Origin: Planctopirus limnophila DSM 3776
GTDB taxonomy: Bacteria; Planctomycetota; Planctomycetia; Planctomycetales; Planctomycetaceae
Length of the DNA stretch: 32,000 nucleotides
Direction: 5' to 3'
Assembly (NCBI RefSeq): GCF_000092105.1
Contig: NC_014148.1
Location: 4,470,001 to 4,502,000 of the forward strand
The first letter of the stretch is position 1; each line of letters opens with the position of its first letter. Positions 7,785 through 18,245 of the stretch are shown one piece after another. The notes below the pieces were generated by a model. It saw only the letters and a list, made by a program, of their open reading frames with translations. It did not search any database and was not told the origin of the DNA. The position numbers and the translations under genes were made by a program.

Positions 7785-8990
7785 ATGCGATTTCCAAACC
7801 CAGATGCTGTGATGGAATATGCCCTGATGCTGGCTCGTCGTGGTGTCGGGTTTGTCGAGCCCAATCCGGCTGTGGGCGCAGTGGTGGTGGACGAACATCT
7901 GCAACTTCTGGGCGAGGGCTGGCATGAAAAGTTTGGCGGGCCTCATGCCGAAGTGCATGCCCTGGCCAAGGCTGGTGAGAAAGCGCGCGGCGCCACGATT
8001 TACACCACTCTCGAGCCCTGCTCTCACTTTGGGAAAACACCTCCCTGTGCCGACGCACTGATTGCGGCTGGGATTCGACATGTAGAGACAGCAGTGATCG
8101 ATCCTGCGGCTCATGTTTCGGGCCAGGGAATTGAAAAATTGCGACAAGCCGGCATCACGGTGAATGTTGGTCGCTGCGCGGACAAAGCCCGTGAACTGCT
8201 GGCCCCGTTTGTCGCCTTTCAGTGTGCCAATCGGCCCTGGGTGCATGCCAAGTGGGCGATGACGCTTGACGGAAAAATCTCGACGAAGACCGGGCATTCC
8301 CACTGGATATCGAGCGAGGCATCGCGGCGGACTGTCCACGAACTGCGGGGGCGTGTCGATGCCATCGTGGTCGGGATTGGCACTGTGCTGGTGGATGATC
8401 CCCAACTCAATGTCCGCCTGCCGGAAGACTGGAAAGGGCCAAGACGAACACCCGCGAGAATCGTTCTCGACTCGCGGCTATCGATCAGCCCGCATAGTCA
8501 ACTGGTGCAGACAGCAAGGAAGATCCCCACGATTGTGGCCACGATCGGCCCGGAACATCTGCAGATGGCCGAGAGAGAAGCCGACTGGCAGCAACGGCGG
8601 CAAGTGCTGGAGGCCGCGGGTTGCCAGGTGTGGTCGCTGCCCTGTGGCTCGACAGATATTGGTCTGGCGCATCACCCGTGCTTGATTCATCTGCTGGATA
8701 AGATGCGCGCTGCCGGCATGGCCCATCTTCTGGTTGAGGGGGGCGCACGCATTCTGGGATCATTTTTGGATCTGGATCTGATCGATGAAGTGCATGCGTA
8801 TATTGCACCGAAACTGGTGGGAGGATCGGCAGCTGCTTCACCCATTGCGGGCAAAGGGCGAATGACGATTTTCGACGGTGAAGAGTTTGCTTCGGGGGAG
8901 TTTACCACGATCGACAAAGATGCGTATTTCCATGGAATTCGCCGGGTGGCGATTGATCGTTTGCCGTGGTTGAGCCCTGTCACCTCGTAA
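7785..8990 (+). CDS. ribD: Bifunctional riboflavin biosynthesis protein RibD (pyrimidine deaminase / uracil reductase)
   Basis: CDA zinc motifs HAEVHAL and PCSHFGKTPPC. C-terminal reductase domain (WVHAKWAMTLDGKI, LLVEGGARILGSF). ATG at 7785. Confidence 0.95.
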   Translation: MRFPNPDAVMEYALMLARRGVGFVEPNPAVGAVVVDEHLQLLGEGWHEKFGGPHAEVHALAKAGEKARGATIYTTLEPCSHFGKTPPCADALIAAGIRHVETAVIDPAAHVSGQGIEKLRQAGITVNVGRCADKARELLAPFVAFQCANRPWVHAKWAMTLDGKISTKTGHSHWISSEASRRTVHELRGRVDAIVVGIGTVLVDDPQLNVRLPEDWKGPRRTPARIVLDSRLSISPHSQLVQTARKIPTIVATIGPEHLQMAEREADWQQRRQVLEAAGCQVWSLPCGSTDIGLAHHPCLIHLLDKMRAAGMAHLLVEGGARILGSFLDLDLIDEVHAYIAPKLVGGSAAASPIAGKGRMTIFDGEEFASGEFTTIDKDAYFHGIRRVAIDRLPWLSPVTS

Positions 8991-9135
8991 AGGCTGGAAA
9001 AACTGACCCGGAGCGACAGGGTCGAACTTTTGGCTGACTTCTGCCACACTTCGCAGAGGGTTATCTGGCCGCAGTGACCCATCGTGGATGATTGTGGGCC
9101 GCTTGTTTGTCCTTTGTGAAATGTGCCAGGTTGAT

Positions 9136-10443
9136 ATGGTCGATGTGAGTCCGTTTTGTGGATGGCGTTATCAACTGGGTCAAGTCGGTGATCTGGCCGA
9201 TGTGACAGCGCCCCCCTATGACGTGATTGGGCCGGAGGAACTCATCCAGTTCCGGCAGAAACATCCGGCGAATATCGTCCATTTGATCCTGCCGGAATCG
9301 CTGCCTGATGATCCTGGTCCCGATGAACGTTATCAACGGGCAGCTGCACTTCTGGCACAGTTCAAGCTCGATGGCATCCTGGCGCGTGATCATGCAGATG
9401 CCTATTACGTGTATCACCAGACCTTCGAGATCGCTGGTGAAAGATATGTGCGAAAAGGGTTTCTCGGGCGGCTCAAGCTCTCGCCATTTGGTGAAGGTCA
9501 GGTCTTTCCGCATGAGCGCACGCTGGCCGCACCGAAGGCGGATCGGTTGAAGCTCTTTCGTGCCGTAAAGACCAATCTTTCGCCCATTTTCGGTTTGTAT
9601 GAAGACCCGGCCGGTGAGGTCGAGCAGGTGCTGACCACAGCCCTGGCAGGTCAAACGGGGGTACAGCTGATCGACGAACAGCGAGTCCTGCACCAGCTCT
9701 GGCCAATTTCCGACCCGCAGGTGATGTCGAAAGTGACCTCGCTGATGAAGAGTCGGCCGGTGGTGATTGCGGATGGACATCATCGCTATGAAACCGCCCT
9801 CGCCTATCGCGAGGAACTGGTGGCAACAGGCACGATCACAAATGAACTGCATGCCGCGAACTCGGTAATGTGCATGTTCGTCGCTTCGGAAGATGACGGG
9901 CTCATCGTGTTGCCGACACATCGCATCGTCAAAAACTGGCAGGGGTTGACGGCTCAGCAGATCGGCATGGCATTAACGCCAGTGTTTGAAGTGGATGTGG
10001 TCGGGAGTCATGCGACAGCAGCCCAGGATGCGTGGGATCTGGCACAATCCTGTGGGAATGGCTGTGCCCTCGCTCTGGGAACTTCTGCGGATTCGACGTG
10101 GGTGGTGGCCGAGTTGAAAGACGTGGCCTCGATGCGGCTGGCTTCTCCCGGCAAATCGGCTGAGTGGTGCCAGTTACCAGTCAGTGTGCTGCATCAACTG
10201 GTGCTGCCACGATTGGCACCACTGGTGCATCCACGGGAAGAAGCCAATCTGGAATACGTCCACGAAGATCAGACAGCCGCCCGCGCCATCGAAGAAAAGA
10301 GTGCCGGTCTGGCAGTGCTGGTTCCTGCGACGAGTGTCACCCAGGTGGAAATGATTGCCCAGGGCGGAGAGGTGCTACCTCCCAAATCGACCTACTTCTA
10401 CCCCAAGTTGCGCTCGGGAATGGTGCTGAATCCTTTGACGTAG
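9136..10443 (+). CDS. DUF1015 family protein
   Basis: N-terminal V.PF.GWRY and the IADGHHRYETALAY motif typical of DUF1015. ATG at 9136 is preferred over the listed non-ATG start at 9088. Confidence 0.85.
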   Translation: MVDVSPFCGWRYQLGQVGDLADVTAPPYDVIGPEELIQFRQKHPANIVHLILPESLPDDPGPDERYQRAAALLAQFKLDGILARDHADAYYVYHQTFEIAGERYVRKGFLGRLKLSPFGEGQVFPHERTLAAPKADRLKLFRAVKTNLSPIFGLYEDPAGEVEQVLTTALAGQTGVQLIDEQRVLHQLWPISDPQVMSKVTSLMKSRPVVIADGHHRYETALAYREELVATGTITNELHAANSVMCMFVASEDDGLIVLPTHRIVKNWQGLTAQQIGMALTPVFEVDVVGSHATAAQDAWDLAQSCGNGCALALGTSADSTWVVAELKDVASMRLASPGKSAEWCQLPVSVLHQLVLPRLAPLVHPREEANLEYVHEDQTAARAIEEKSAGLAVLVPATSVTQVEMIAQGGEVLPPKSTYFYPKLRSGMVLNPLT

Positions 10444-10515
10444 GATGGCAACGATTGAGCCATGCTGCTCCTCGATTCGTGTCAATTGTTAACTATCAAC
10501 CATAAGTTCATCCGG

Positions 10516-11130
10516 TTAAATCCATTCTGTGAACTTATGCAGTTGAGTGACTAACTGAGTTAACCCCTGCGCATTCATGGTGGTGAGATAATCCTCGACA
10601 CCTTTCGGAGGGTTTTTGAGACTCAATCGATGCCTTTTGACAGCGATGCAAACCTGACTTGGCGTTGTTTCAAACAGACTTATAAGAAAGTTGTCTGGGT
10701 GTAATGCTTCGATGCCGTATGGCTTCAAAGATGTCTCAGGGAAATCCTTGAAATTGAATGTCAGGATTGTGTTGGCTCTGGAGAAAATTGCTGCTGCCAG
10801 AACGTGTCGATCATCTGGATCTGGCAGTGCGACAGTTTCAATGAGCTGTTCGTAGCCTGTGATTAACCCGTCCGGAACAGAGGCTTCCATGAGTGCTCGA
10901 GTTAGCTGAAGTTGCTCGGGCTTCAGATCGGGGCGGTTGATGAGCAAATTCCTGATCCACTCCTCGTGAATAGTCGGCGTCCATTGGGGTCGAAACAGGC
11001 CCATCACAGCGAGATGCATGAGCAGATCGCGCAATGGAGCCGGGTAAAGCACACAGGCATCGCAAAGAACCGTCAGGTTTGCCACATCAGTAACCCATCC
11101 CCAATTCCTGAGCCTGGGCAGCCAGTTCAT
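10516..11130 (-). CDS. PIN-domain ribonuclease (type II toxin, VapC-like)
   Basis: VLCDACVLY and PDPDDRHVLAAAI acidic PIN motifs. Lies directly downstream of the HTH antitoxin. ATG at 11130 overlaps the antitoxin by 44 nt; the alternative GTG at 11085 sits 2 nt after the antitoxin stop. Confidence 0.8.
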   Translation of the reverse strand: MNWLPRLRNWGWVTDVANLTVLCDACVLYPAPLRDLLMHLAVMGLFRPQWTPTIHEEWIRNLLINRPDLKPEQLQLTRALMEASVPDGLITGYEQLIETVALPDPDDRHVLAAAIFSRANTILTFNFKDFPETSLKPYGIEALHPDNFLISLFETTPSQVCIAVKRHRLSLKNPPKGVEDYLTTMNAQGLTQLVTQLHKFTEWI

Positions 11131-11560
11131 CCAGTGCTTGCAGTCGCTGCTGGTCCATCGCCTGTTTGTATTCCATTAAATCCTTGAACAGAATCCGGCG
11201 ATGGGAGCCAACTTTTCGGTAGGGAATGAGATTGTTTTCCAATTGCTCAATGAGATAGGGCCGAGAAACATTGAGAATATCGGCTGCCTGCTGAGTGGTG
11301 AGTTCCACATGGATGGGAACAAGCATCACAGCATGCCCCTGAGCCATTTGTGCCAGGATATCCTTGAGAAGCTGCAACGCTGCCACTGGAATTGAAAGCG
11401 TCTCTTCCGGTAGTTCTTGAGATTGAATTCTCAGTTGCAGCGACAAGTTGGGGCTGGTCACATCGTAATGGGCCAATTGCCGGCAGCCTTCGAGCGCGAG
11501 TCGTGCATCGACGGATGACGGTGTGATCATCTCGGTAGTGACGTTTTTTTGTTTTGACAT
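11087..11560 (-). CDS. Excisionase-family helix-turn-helix DNA-binding protein (putative antitoxin)
   Basis: TTQQAADILNVSRPYLIEQLENNLIPYRKVGSHRRI is an MerR/excisionase-type HTH. ATG at 11560 is preceded by GAGGAG; the listed start at 11584 is non-ATG. Confidence 0.8.
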   Translation of the reverse strand: MSKQKNVTTEMITPSSVDARLALEGCRQLAHYDVTSPNLSLQLRIQSQELPEETLSIPVAALQLLKDILAQMAQGHAVMLVPIHVELTTQQAADILNVSRPYLIEQLENNLIPYRKVGSHRRILFKDLMEYKQAMDQQRLQALDELAAQAQELGMGY

Positions 11561-11610
11561 CAGCACGCACTCCTCAGAGGACAATCATACACACAATCGA
11601 AGCCAACGCA

Positions 11611-11628
11611 ATATTCGAAATATTCGAA
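11611..11628. promoter_or_regulatory. Tandem ATATTCGAA x2 (contains TTCGAA and AATATT palindromes), candidate operator of the TA operon
   Basis: Lies 51-68 nt upstream of the antitoxin ATG. Type II antitoxins commonly autoregulate via such repeats. Confidence 0.3.
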
Positions 11629-11861
11629 ACAGTTTTTTTCAATCGGTGCCAACCGAATGCTGCTCGAAAAGCACTTTCGAACTCACAAGATTTGTCGATG
11701 CGAAACGTTGCTTTGCCAAGGCTGTTCTTTTGACTCACTTCGCGGGAGAATCTGGACAAAGTCGGTGTGAGTTCGTACCGGTGTGAGTTTTGTTTCGGGC
11801 TCGAAGAATTCAATGCCTGTTGCCCTTAAGGGGCGACCTCACGGATGAAAGTGTGCCTGCC

Positions 11862-13280
<1,419 letters not shown>

Positions 13281-13627
13281 CAACTGCCAGCCAATAAAAG
13301 AGGCCTGTGAATCGGAGCCGATCCGCTACAATACTTCGCGATAACAGAGAATCTGTCGGTGGGGAGCCAGCCAGGCTGCTTGACCCCAATCGGCAGGCTC
13401 GCGACACTGAAGTTGGCCTGGCGATGGGAAATCCAGGCTGTGGCGTGGACGTTGTCTACGAAACGGCTTGGATAGCAGACTTTTGTGCAGCCAGCATCTC
13501 GGCCATGGCCAGGTATCGCAAACTATTCCTGTATCATCATTTAGATCATTTTTCACGAACCCGAATTCATCTTGAACTCTGGTTCCACTGAACAAAACTA
13601 TCCACACAAAACCGGCTCAGGCAGTCC

Positions 13628-15433
13628 ATGTTTGATCAGCGATTTATTCGTAACTTCTCGATCATTGCCCACATTGATCACGGGAAAAGCACACTCGCAG
13701 ACCAGCTTCTGCTGAAAAGTGGAGCCATTACCCAGCGGGAATTCCGCGAGCAGATTCTCGATGATCTCGATGTGGAACGAGAACGCGGCATCACGGTCAA
13801 AGCCCGGGCGGTGGCTATTCATTACACGCTGGACGGTCAGGAATACGAGATCAATCTGATCGATACGCCCGGTCACGTGGACTTTCATTATGAAGTCTCG
13901 CGAAGTCTGGCCGCTTGTGAAGGGGCGTTGCTGGTTGTGGATGCTTTTCAGGGAGTGCAGGCTCAAACAGTCGCCAATGCATATGCAGCGATTGGTTGCG
14001 ATCTGGAAATCATCCCGGTGCTCAACAAGATCGATCTGCCGGTCACCCGCATTCCGGAAGTGATGGAAGAAATTGAATCGGTGGTGGGGCTGGATACATC
14101 GAATGCACTCAAAGTCTCTGCAAAAGCCGGGATCGGGATTGAAGATGTCTTTAAGGCCATTGTCGAGCGAATACCAGCACCCAAGGGGAAGCCGGACGAT
14201 CCATTACGGGCACTGGTCTTCGACAGCAAGTACGATCATTACCGCGGTGTGGTCACTTACATCCGTGTGAAGGAAGGGACGATTTCCAAGGGCCAGAAAA
14301 TCTATTTCATGAAGGCAGGCACAGCCCATGAAATTCTGGAAATCGGTCAGTTCCGGCCCCATATGCTCCCTTGTGAAGAACTGGGACCTGGCCAGGTGGG
14401 TTACATCGTCACTGGCATTAAAGTGCTGGGTAACGTGCATGTCGGGGATACCGTCTGCGATTATCTGAGGCGACCAGCCGCTCCACTTCCCGGTTATGAG
14501 ATTCCTCAGCAGATGGTGTTCTGCGGGATGTACCCGATTGATGCCTCAGATTTTGAGCATCTGCGGGAAGAACTCGCCCGCATGAGCCTCAATGATGCCA
14601 GCTTCAGTTTTGCCGCCGACACGAGCGAAGCGTTGGGCTTTGGTTTCCGCTGCGGATTTCTGGGGATGCTCCATATGGAGATCATCCAGCAGAGGCTCGA
14701 AAAGGAAGCCAATGTCGATCTGATTCAAACGGCACCCAACGTGACGTATCAGATTCTCAAGACCAATGGAGAAGAAGTTTTTATCGATAATCCTCAGGAA
14801 GTCCCTGATGCGGGTTCGATTACTGAGTTTCGCGAGCCGATTGCAAAAGTCGCGTTCATTCTGCCGAGTGACAAGATCGGCGCGGTGATGCAGATGTGTG
14901 CCGACCGCCGGGGTGTCTTTGTCACCACCGAATTCTTAGGCCCGCAGCGGGCCCAGTTGGTGTGGGAACTTCCACTGGCTGAAATCGTGTTCGACATGTA
15001 CGACAAGCTCAAGAGTATCACTCAGGGATATGGCACTATGAACTACGAGATTATCGGCTACCGTGCCGCTGATCTCGTGAAGATGGATATTCTCGTGAAG
15101 GGCGAGCGGGTCGATGCGCTTTCCACAATCGTCCACAGGACGTCGGCAGAAAGGCGGGGCCGGGCTTTGTGTAAGCGGCTCAAAGAGGAAATCTCCCGGC
15201 ATCAGTTCGAGATTCCCATTCAGGCCGCACTGGGGGCACGAATTATCGCCCGTGAGACTATTTCTGCGGTTCGTAAAGACGTGACTGCCAAGTGCTACGG
15301 CGGCGATATCAGCCGCAAGCGCAAGCTGCTGGAAAAGCAGAAAGAGGGCAAGAAGCGCATGAAGCAGTTCGGCTCTGTCGAGATCCCCCAGAAGGCCTTC
15401 CTCTCCGTGCTGGACACGGGGAATGATGAGTAG
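13628..15433 (+). CDS. lepA: Elongation factor 4 (LepA)
   Basis: IRNFSIIAHIDHGKSTLAD (G1), DTPGHVDF (G3), NKID (G4). LepA-specific C-terminal domain (KCYGGDISRKRKLLEKQKEGKKRMK). Confidence 0.97.
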   Translation: MFDQRFIRNFSIIAHIDHGKSTLADQLLLKSGAITQREFREQILDDLDVERERGITVKARAVAIHYTLDGQEYEINLIDTPGHVDFHYEVSRSLAACEGALLVVDAFQGVQAQTVANAYAAIGCDLEIIPVLNKIDLPVTRIPEVMEEIESVVGLDTSNALKVSAKAGIGIEDVFKAIVERIPAPKGKPDDPLRALVFDSKYDHYRGVVTYIRVKEGTISKGQKIYFMKAGTAHEILEIGQFRPHMLPCEELGPGQVGYIVTGIKVLGNVHVGDTVCDYLRRPAAPLPGYEIPQQMVFCGMYPIDASDFEHLREELARMSLNDASFSFAADTSEALGFGFRCGFLGMLHMEIIQQRLEKEANVDLIQTAPNVTYQILKTNGEEVFIDNPQEVPDAGSITEFREPIAKVAFILPSDKIGAVMQMCADRRGVFVTTEFLGPQRAQLVWELPLAEIVFDMYDKLKSITQGYGTMNYEIIGYRAADLVKMDILVKGERVDALSTIVHRTSAERRGRALCKRLKEEISRHQFEIPIQAALGARIIARETISAVRKDVTAKCYGGDISRKRKLLEKQKEGKKRMKQFGSVEIPQKAFLSVLDTGNDE

Positions 15434-15457
15434 GGGTGACCGTTCCGTCCCCCGTAG

Positions 15458-15474
15458 GGTCCGCTGTGCGGACC
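15458..15474 (+). terminator. GC-rich hairpin GGTCCGC-TGT-GCGGACC, 25 nt after the lepA stop (no U-tract)
   Basis: Perfect 7-bp stem. Its position is consistent with a 3'-end structure. Confidence 0.35.
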
Positions 15475-15506
15475 ATATTGGGCTTATCGCCGGAACGAGA
15501 GATGAA

Positions 15507-15550
15507 AGTTAGTAGTTAGTAGTTAGTAGTTAGTAGTTAGTAGTTAGTAG
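15507..15550. repeat. Heptanucleotide microsatellite (AGTTAGT) x6.3
   Basis: Six perfect tandem copies counted by hand, followed by the hairpin GGCAGG-CTCCCG-CCTGCC (15551-15568). Confidence 0.95.
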
Positions 15551-15690
15551 GGCAGGCTCCCGCCTGCCGTCCTTCCAGCAGATAACTCAGCCACTCCCAG
15601 TTGCATGGCATGAATCGCCCAGTTCCCATAGCCTGCGAGATTGACCCATGGATCGGTGGTGAATTCCTGCGACCGGCTGCGGCCACCACC

Positions 15691-15718
15691 ACAATGAGTC
15701 CTGACCCCTTTGTCTCTG
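15691..15718 (+). repeat. Left copy of a 28-nt imperfect direct repeat (ACAATGAGTCCTGACCCCTTTGTCTCTG)
   Basis: Matches 16476-16503 (ACAATCAGTCCTGACCCATTTGTTTCTG) at 25 of 28 positions. The pair brackets the AT-rich segment. Confidence 0.75.
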
Positions 15719-15820
15719 CCTAAGTATCAAAGCGCTATTCACATTCGCAAGACAATAAAGGATCCCGCCTTCCCACGAATAACATGCGCCCACGATACCA
15801 TCTTGCCGCTAGGCAGTGCT

Positions 15821-16102
15821 TCACAATCTATCATCAGGAGGCCCAAATCTGCCAACAACTAAGATGGAAATATAGAGAATAACTATATATATAACCGTAT
15901 AAATAGAACCCTGAACCAAGAAATGAAGACTAGCAATCAATCCAGATCTACCCAACATGACTACCACAAATGAGGGTAAGATCGTCGCAACGAATAACCA
16001 AAAAAGAAGCCATAAGTTGATGAGCGTTAACAAGACTGACGCAACAGCCCCTCCAGCAGACATCAGTGAGTCAAATAGCGACATATCAGCCTCCCCCGTC
16101 AT
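15821..16102 (-). CDS. Small hydrophobic membrane protein (87-93 aa, ~3 TM), unknown family
   Basis: ATG at 16102, or ATG at 16084 with GGGGGAGG 6 nt upstream. Hydrophobic stretches LLTLINLWLLFWLFVATILPSFVVVML and IYTVIYIVILYISILVV. GC is much lower than the neighbours. Confidence 0.5.
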   Translation of the reverse strand: MTGEADMSLFDSLMSAGGAVASVLLTLINLWLLFWLFVATILPSFVVVMLGRSGLIASLHFLVQGSIYTVIYIVILYISILVVGRFGPPDDRL

Positions 16103-16486
16103 GATAGTGATGCATCATGGAATACTCGCTTCCATTTGTACGTCAGCTCTATCTATTCACCACTTTTATTCATATAGATAACAATAACTTCTGTCCCCTC
16201 GCAGGGTGGCACAGGTTGCTCGTCCGCGAGCTCCCTGTGTGCCGGAGGCAAAAGAGGCTTCGTTGCCGGAAGAGTCCGGATGCGGATCACTGTTCATGGT
16301 AGATCGTGATCTTTCAGAACTGCAATAGAGCCAGAACCCTCCTGTGGCTTCACCACCCCGGTAGAACTCAGGATATCAACCGGGGCCACCCTGCGAGTGC
16401 ATGATACAACTCACCCGCCTCACAGGCTCCTAGTATTCCTGGTATCGCAGCAGGCTTTCAAACACCCGAAACAAAACAATCAGTCC

Positions 16487-16557
16487 TGACCCATTTGTTT
16501 CTGTGACCCATTTGTTTCTGCGCTGTTTCTCTGTTTCTGCTGACCCCTTTGTTTCTG
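16487..16557 (+). repeat. Array of three 17-mers TGACCC(A/C)TTTGTTTCTG plus CTGTTTCT-rich filler
   Basis: Units at 16487-16503, 16504-16520 and 16541-16557, lying 120-190 nt upstream of the sulfatase ATG. Confidence 0.85.
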
Positions 16558-16678
16558 TGTCTCTGCAAACGCTTATCGATTTGACTATGCACGCCCATTC
16601 ATGGGAACCTGTGTGAATGAATCGGACAGGCAACGGTCCGAGCGATCTCTGACTGTAATCTCTTAAAAGACAATCCCC

Positions 16679-18097
16679 ATGAGACAATTCGCATTGATGG
16701 TGCTGGCTTGGGTCTCCCTGATCTCTTACGCGTTGGCTGCGCAGCCGAATGTGCTGTTGATTTGTGTCGATGATCTGCGGCCTGAATTGGGTTGCTATGG
16801 TTCGCGAAGTGTTTCGACCCCGCACATCGATGCGCTGGCGAGTCGCAGCCGGTTGTTTACCCGGCACTATGTGCAGGCTCCGACCTGTGGGGCCTCCCGG
16901 TGTACGCTGCTCACCGGCCGGTATGGCCCGGCTGGAAACAATGCACTCTTTGAACTGGCCAAACGCCGCAAACAGGATGGCGAAGCGGTACCACCTTCCA
17001 TGCCCGAATACTTTCGTGGAAAAGGGTACACGACGGTTTCGGTCGGAAAAGTTTCGCATCATCCCGGTGGTCGCGGCGGAGCCAACTGGGATGATGACAA
17101 CCTGAACGAAATGCCCGGCGCCTGGACTCGACATCTCATGCCCACCGGCCTATGGAAGCATCCCCGGGGAGCCATGCACGGATTGGCACATGGTGAAATT
17201 CGGGCATCGGAAAAAGGGAAAATGGCGGTCTTTCAGGCGACTGAAGGGACCGATGACATTTATCCCGATGGTCTGATTGTCGAAGAGTCACTCCGACAAC
17301 TGGATGTGCTGACCAGCGAAGACAAACCGTTCTTTCTGGCGGTGGGATTGATTCGGCCTCACCTGCCGTTTGGATCTCCTGCAAAATACTTCGAGAAAGT
17401 GAGCCAACTCCCCTTATTGCCCATTCCTCATCCGGAAAAGCCGACCTGGCCATCGACGTGGCATGGCTCGAATGAGTTGAGGCAATACCAGTTGTGGGAG
17501 AAAGATCCTCTCAAAGATCCATCATTTGCTGATGAAATTCGTCGGCACTACTACGCCTGTGTGACCTATGCCGATGCGAATGTGGGCCGCCTGCTGGAAA
17601 AGCTGGCTGCCACGAAAGGGGCCGACAATACGATTATCGTGCTGTGGGGAGACCATGGCTGGCATCTGCGTGAACATGCGGTGTGGGGAAAGCATACCTT
17701 GTTTGAAGAATCGTTGAGATCGCCGCTGCTGATCTCGACCGGTCAGTTGAAACAACCGGGGGAAGCGACGGAAGCCGTCGTCGAAACGATCGATATTTTC
17801 CCCACGTTGTGCGAGCTGACCGGGCTGGAAAAGCCCGCGTTTGTGCAGGGTGTGAGCCTGGTTCCCCAGTTGAATGATCCGAACGCTACGGGACATGCCG
17901 CTTTCTCGTACTCGGGGAAAACCCGGACGATACTGACAGATCGCTACCGCTTGATTGCTCATCCCGACAAAGCCGGAACGATGGAATTGTTCGACCATGC
18001 CGTTGATGCGGGTGAAACAAGAAACATCGCCGAGACTCAACCTGAGATTGTCAGCGCATTGCTGAAAGAACTCGACCAGCGACTTCCTCCTCGTTGA
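16679..18097 (+). CDS. Secreted sulfatase (formylglycine-dependent, iduronate-2-sulfatase-like)
   Basis: Signal peptide [33 protein letters not shown]. FGly motif C-G-A-S-R ([14 protein letters not shown]). WGDHGWHL. Confidence 0.9.
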   Translation: MRQFALMVLAWVSLISYALAAQPNVLLICVDDLRPELGCYGSRSVSTPHIDALASRSRLFTRHYVQAPTCGASRCTLLTGRYGPAGNNALFELAKRRKQDGEAVPPSMPEYFRGKGYTTVSVGKVSHHPGGRGGANWDDDNLNEMPGAWTRHLMPTGLWKHPRGAMHGLAHGEIRASEKGKMAVFQATEGTDDIYPDGLIVEESLRQLDVLTSEDKPFFLAVGLIRPHLPFGSPAKYFEKVSQLPLLPIPHPEKPTWPSTWHGSNELRQYQLWEKDPLKDPSFADEIRRHYYACVTYADANVGRLLEKLAATKGADNTIIVLWGDHGWHLREHAVWGKHTLFEESLRSPLLISTGQLKQPGEATEAVVETIDIFPTLCELTGLEKPAFVQGVSLVPQLNDPNATGHAAFSYSGKTRTILTDRYRLIAHPDKAGTMELFDHAVDAGETRNIAETQPEIVSALLKELDQRLPPR

Positions 18098-18142
18098 GGG
18101 CGGCCATGTGATCGTGACTTCGACATACAATTGGTAAAAAGC

Positions 18143-18179
18143 AAAAACGCCTCGCGGCTCAGGCCACGCGGCGTTTTTT
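18143..18179. terminator. Bidirectional Rho-independent terminator between convergent genes
   Basis: AAAAACGCCTCGCGG-CTCAGG-CCACGCGGCGTTTTTT: an 11-bp stem with 2 mismatches, with an A-run upstream and a T-run downstream. Confidence 0.7.
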
Positions 18180-18245
18180 AATGGAAGTTTTCAGATCACT
18201 TGTCAGATATCAATGCGGCCGTTCTCAAGAATAGTCTCTTTCAAG

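Noticed and set aside
9061-9921. 286-aa minus-strand ORF
   Set aside because: It is entirely antisense to the well-supported DUF1015 gene. It has a Cys/His/Arg-rich nonsense-like composition and no recognisable motif.
16201-16290. Possible degenerate fourth copy of the repeat family (shares AGGGTGGCAC and AGTCCGGATG)
   Set aside because: Only two short words match, their spacing differs (~67 versus ~98 nt), and none of the long invariant blocks is present. This is compatible with chance.
15507-16557. CRISPR array possibility for the heptamer tract and the 17-mer units
   Set aside because: The repeats are far too short (7 and 17 nt) and are directly tandem, without unique ~30-nt spacers. There are no cas genes in the window.
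16430-17134. 234-aa minus-strand ORF overlapping the sulfatase 5' half
   Set aside because: It is antisense to a gene with strong sulfatase motifs, and it has an Arg/Gly-rich composition typical of shadow ORFs.
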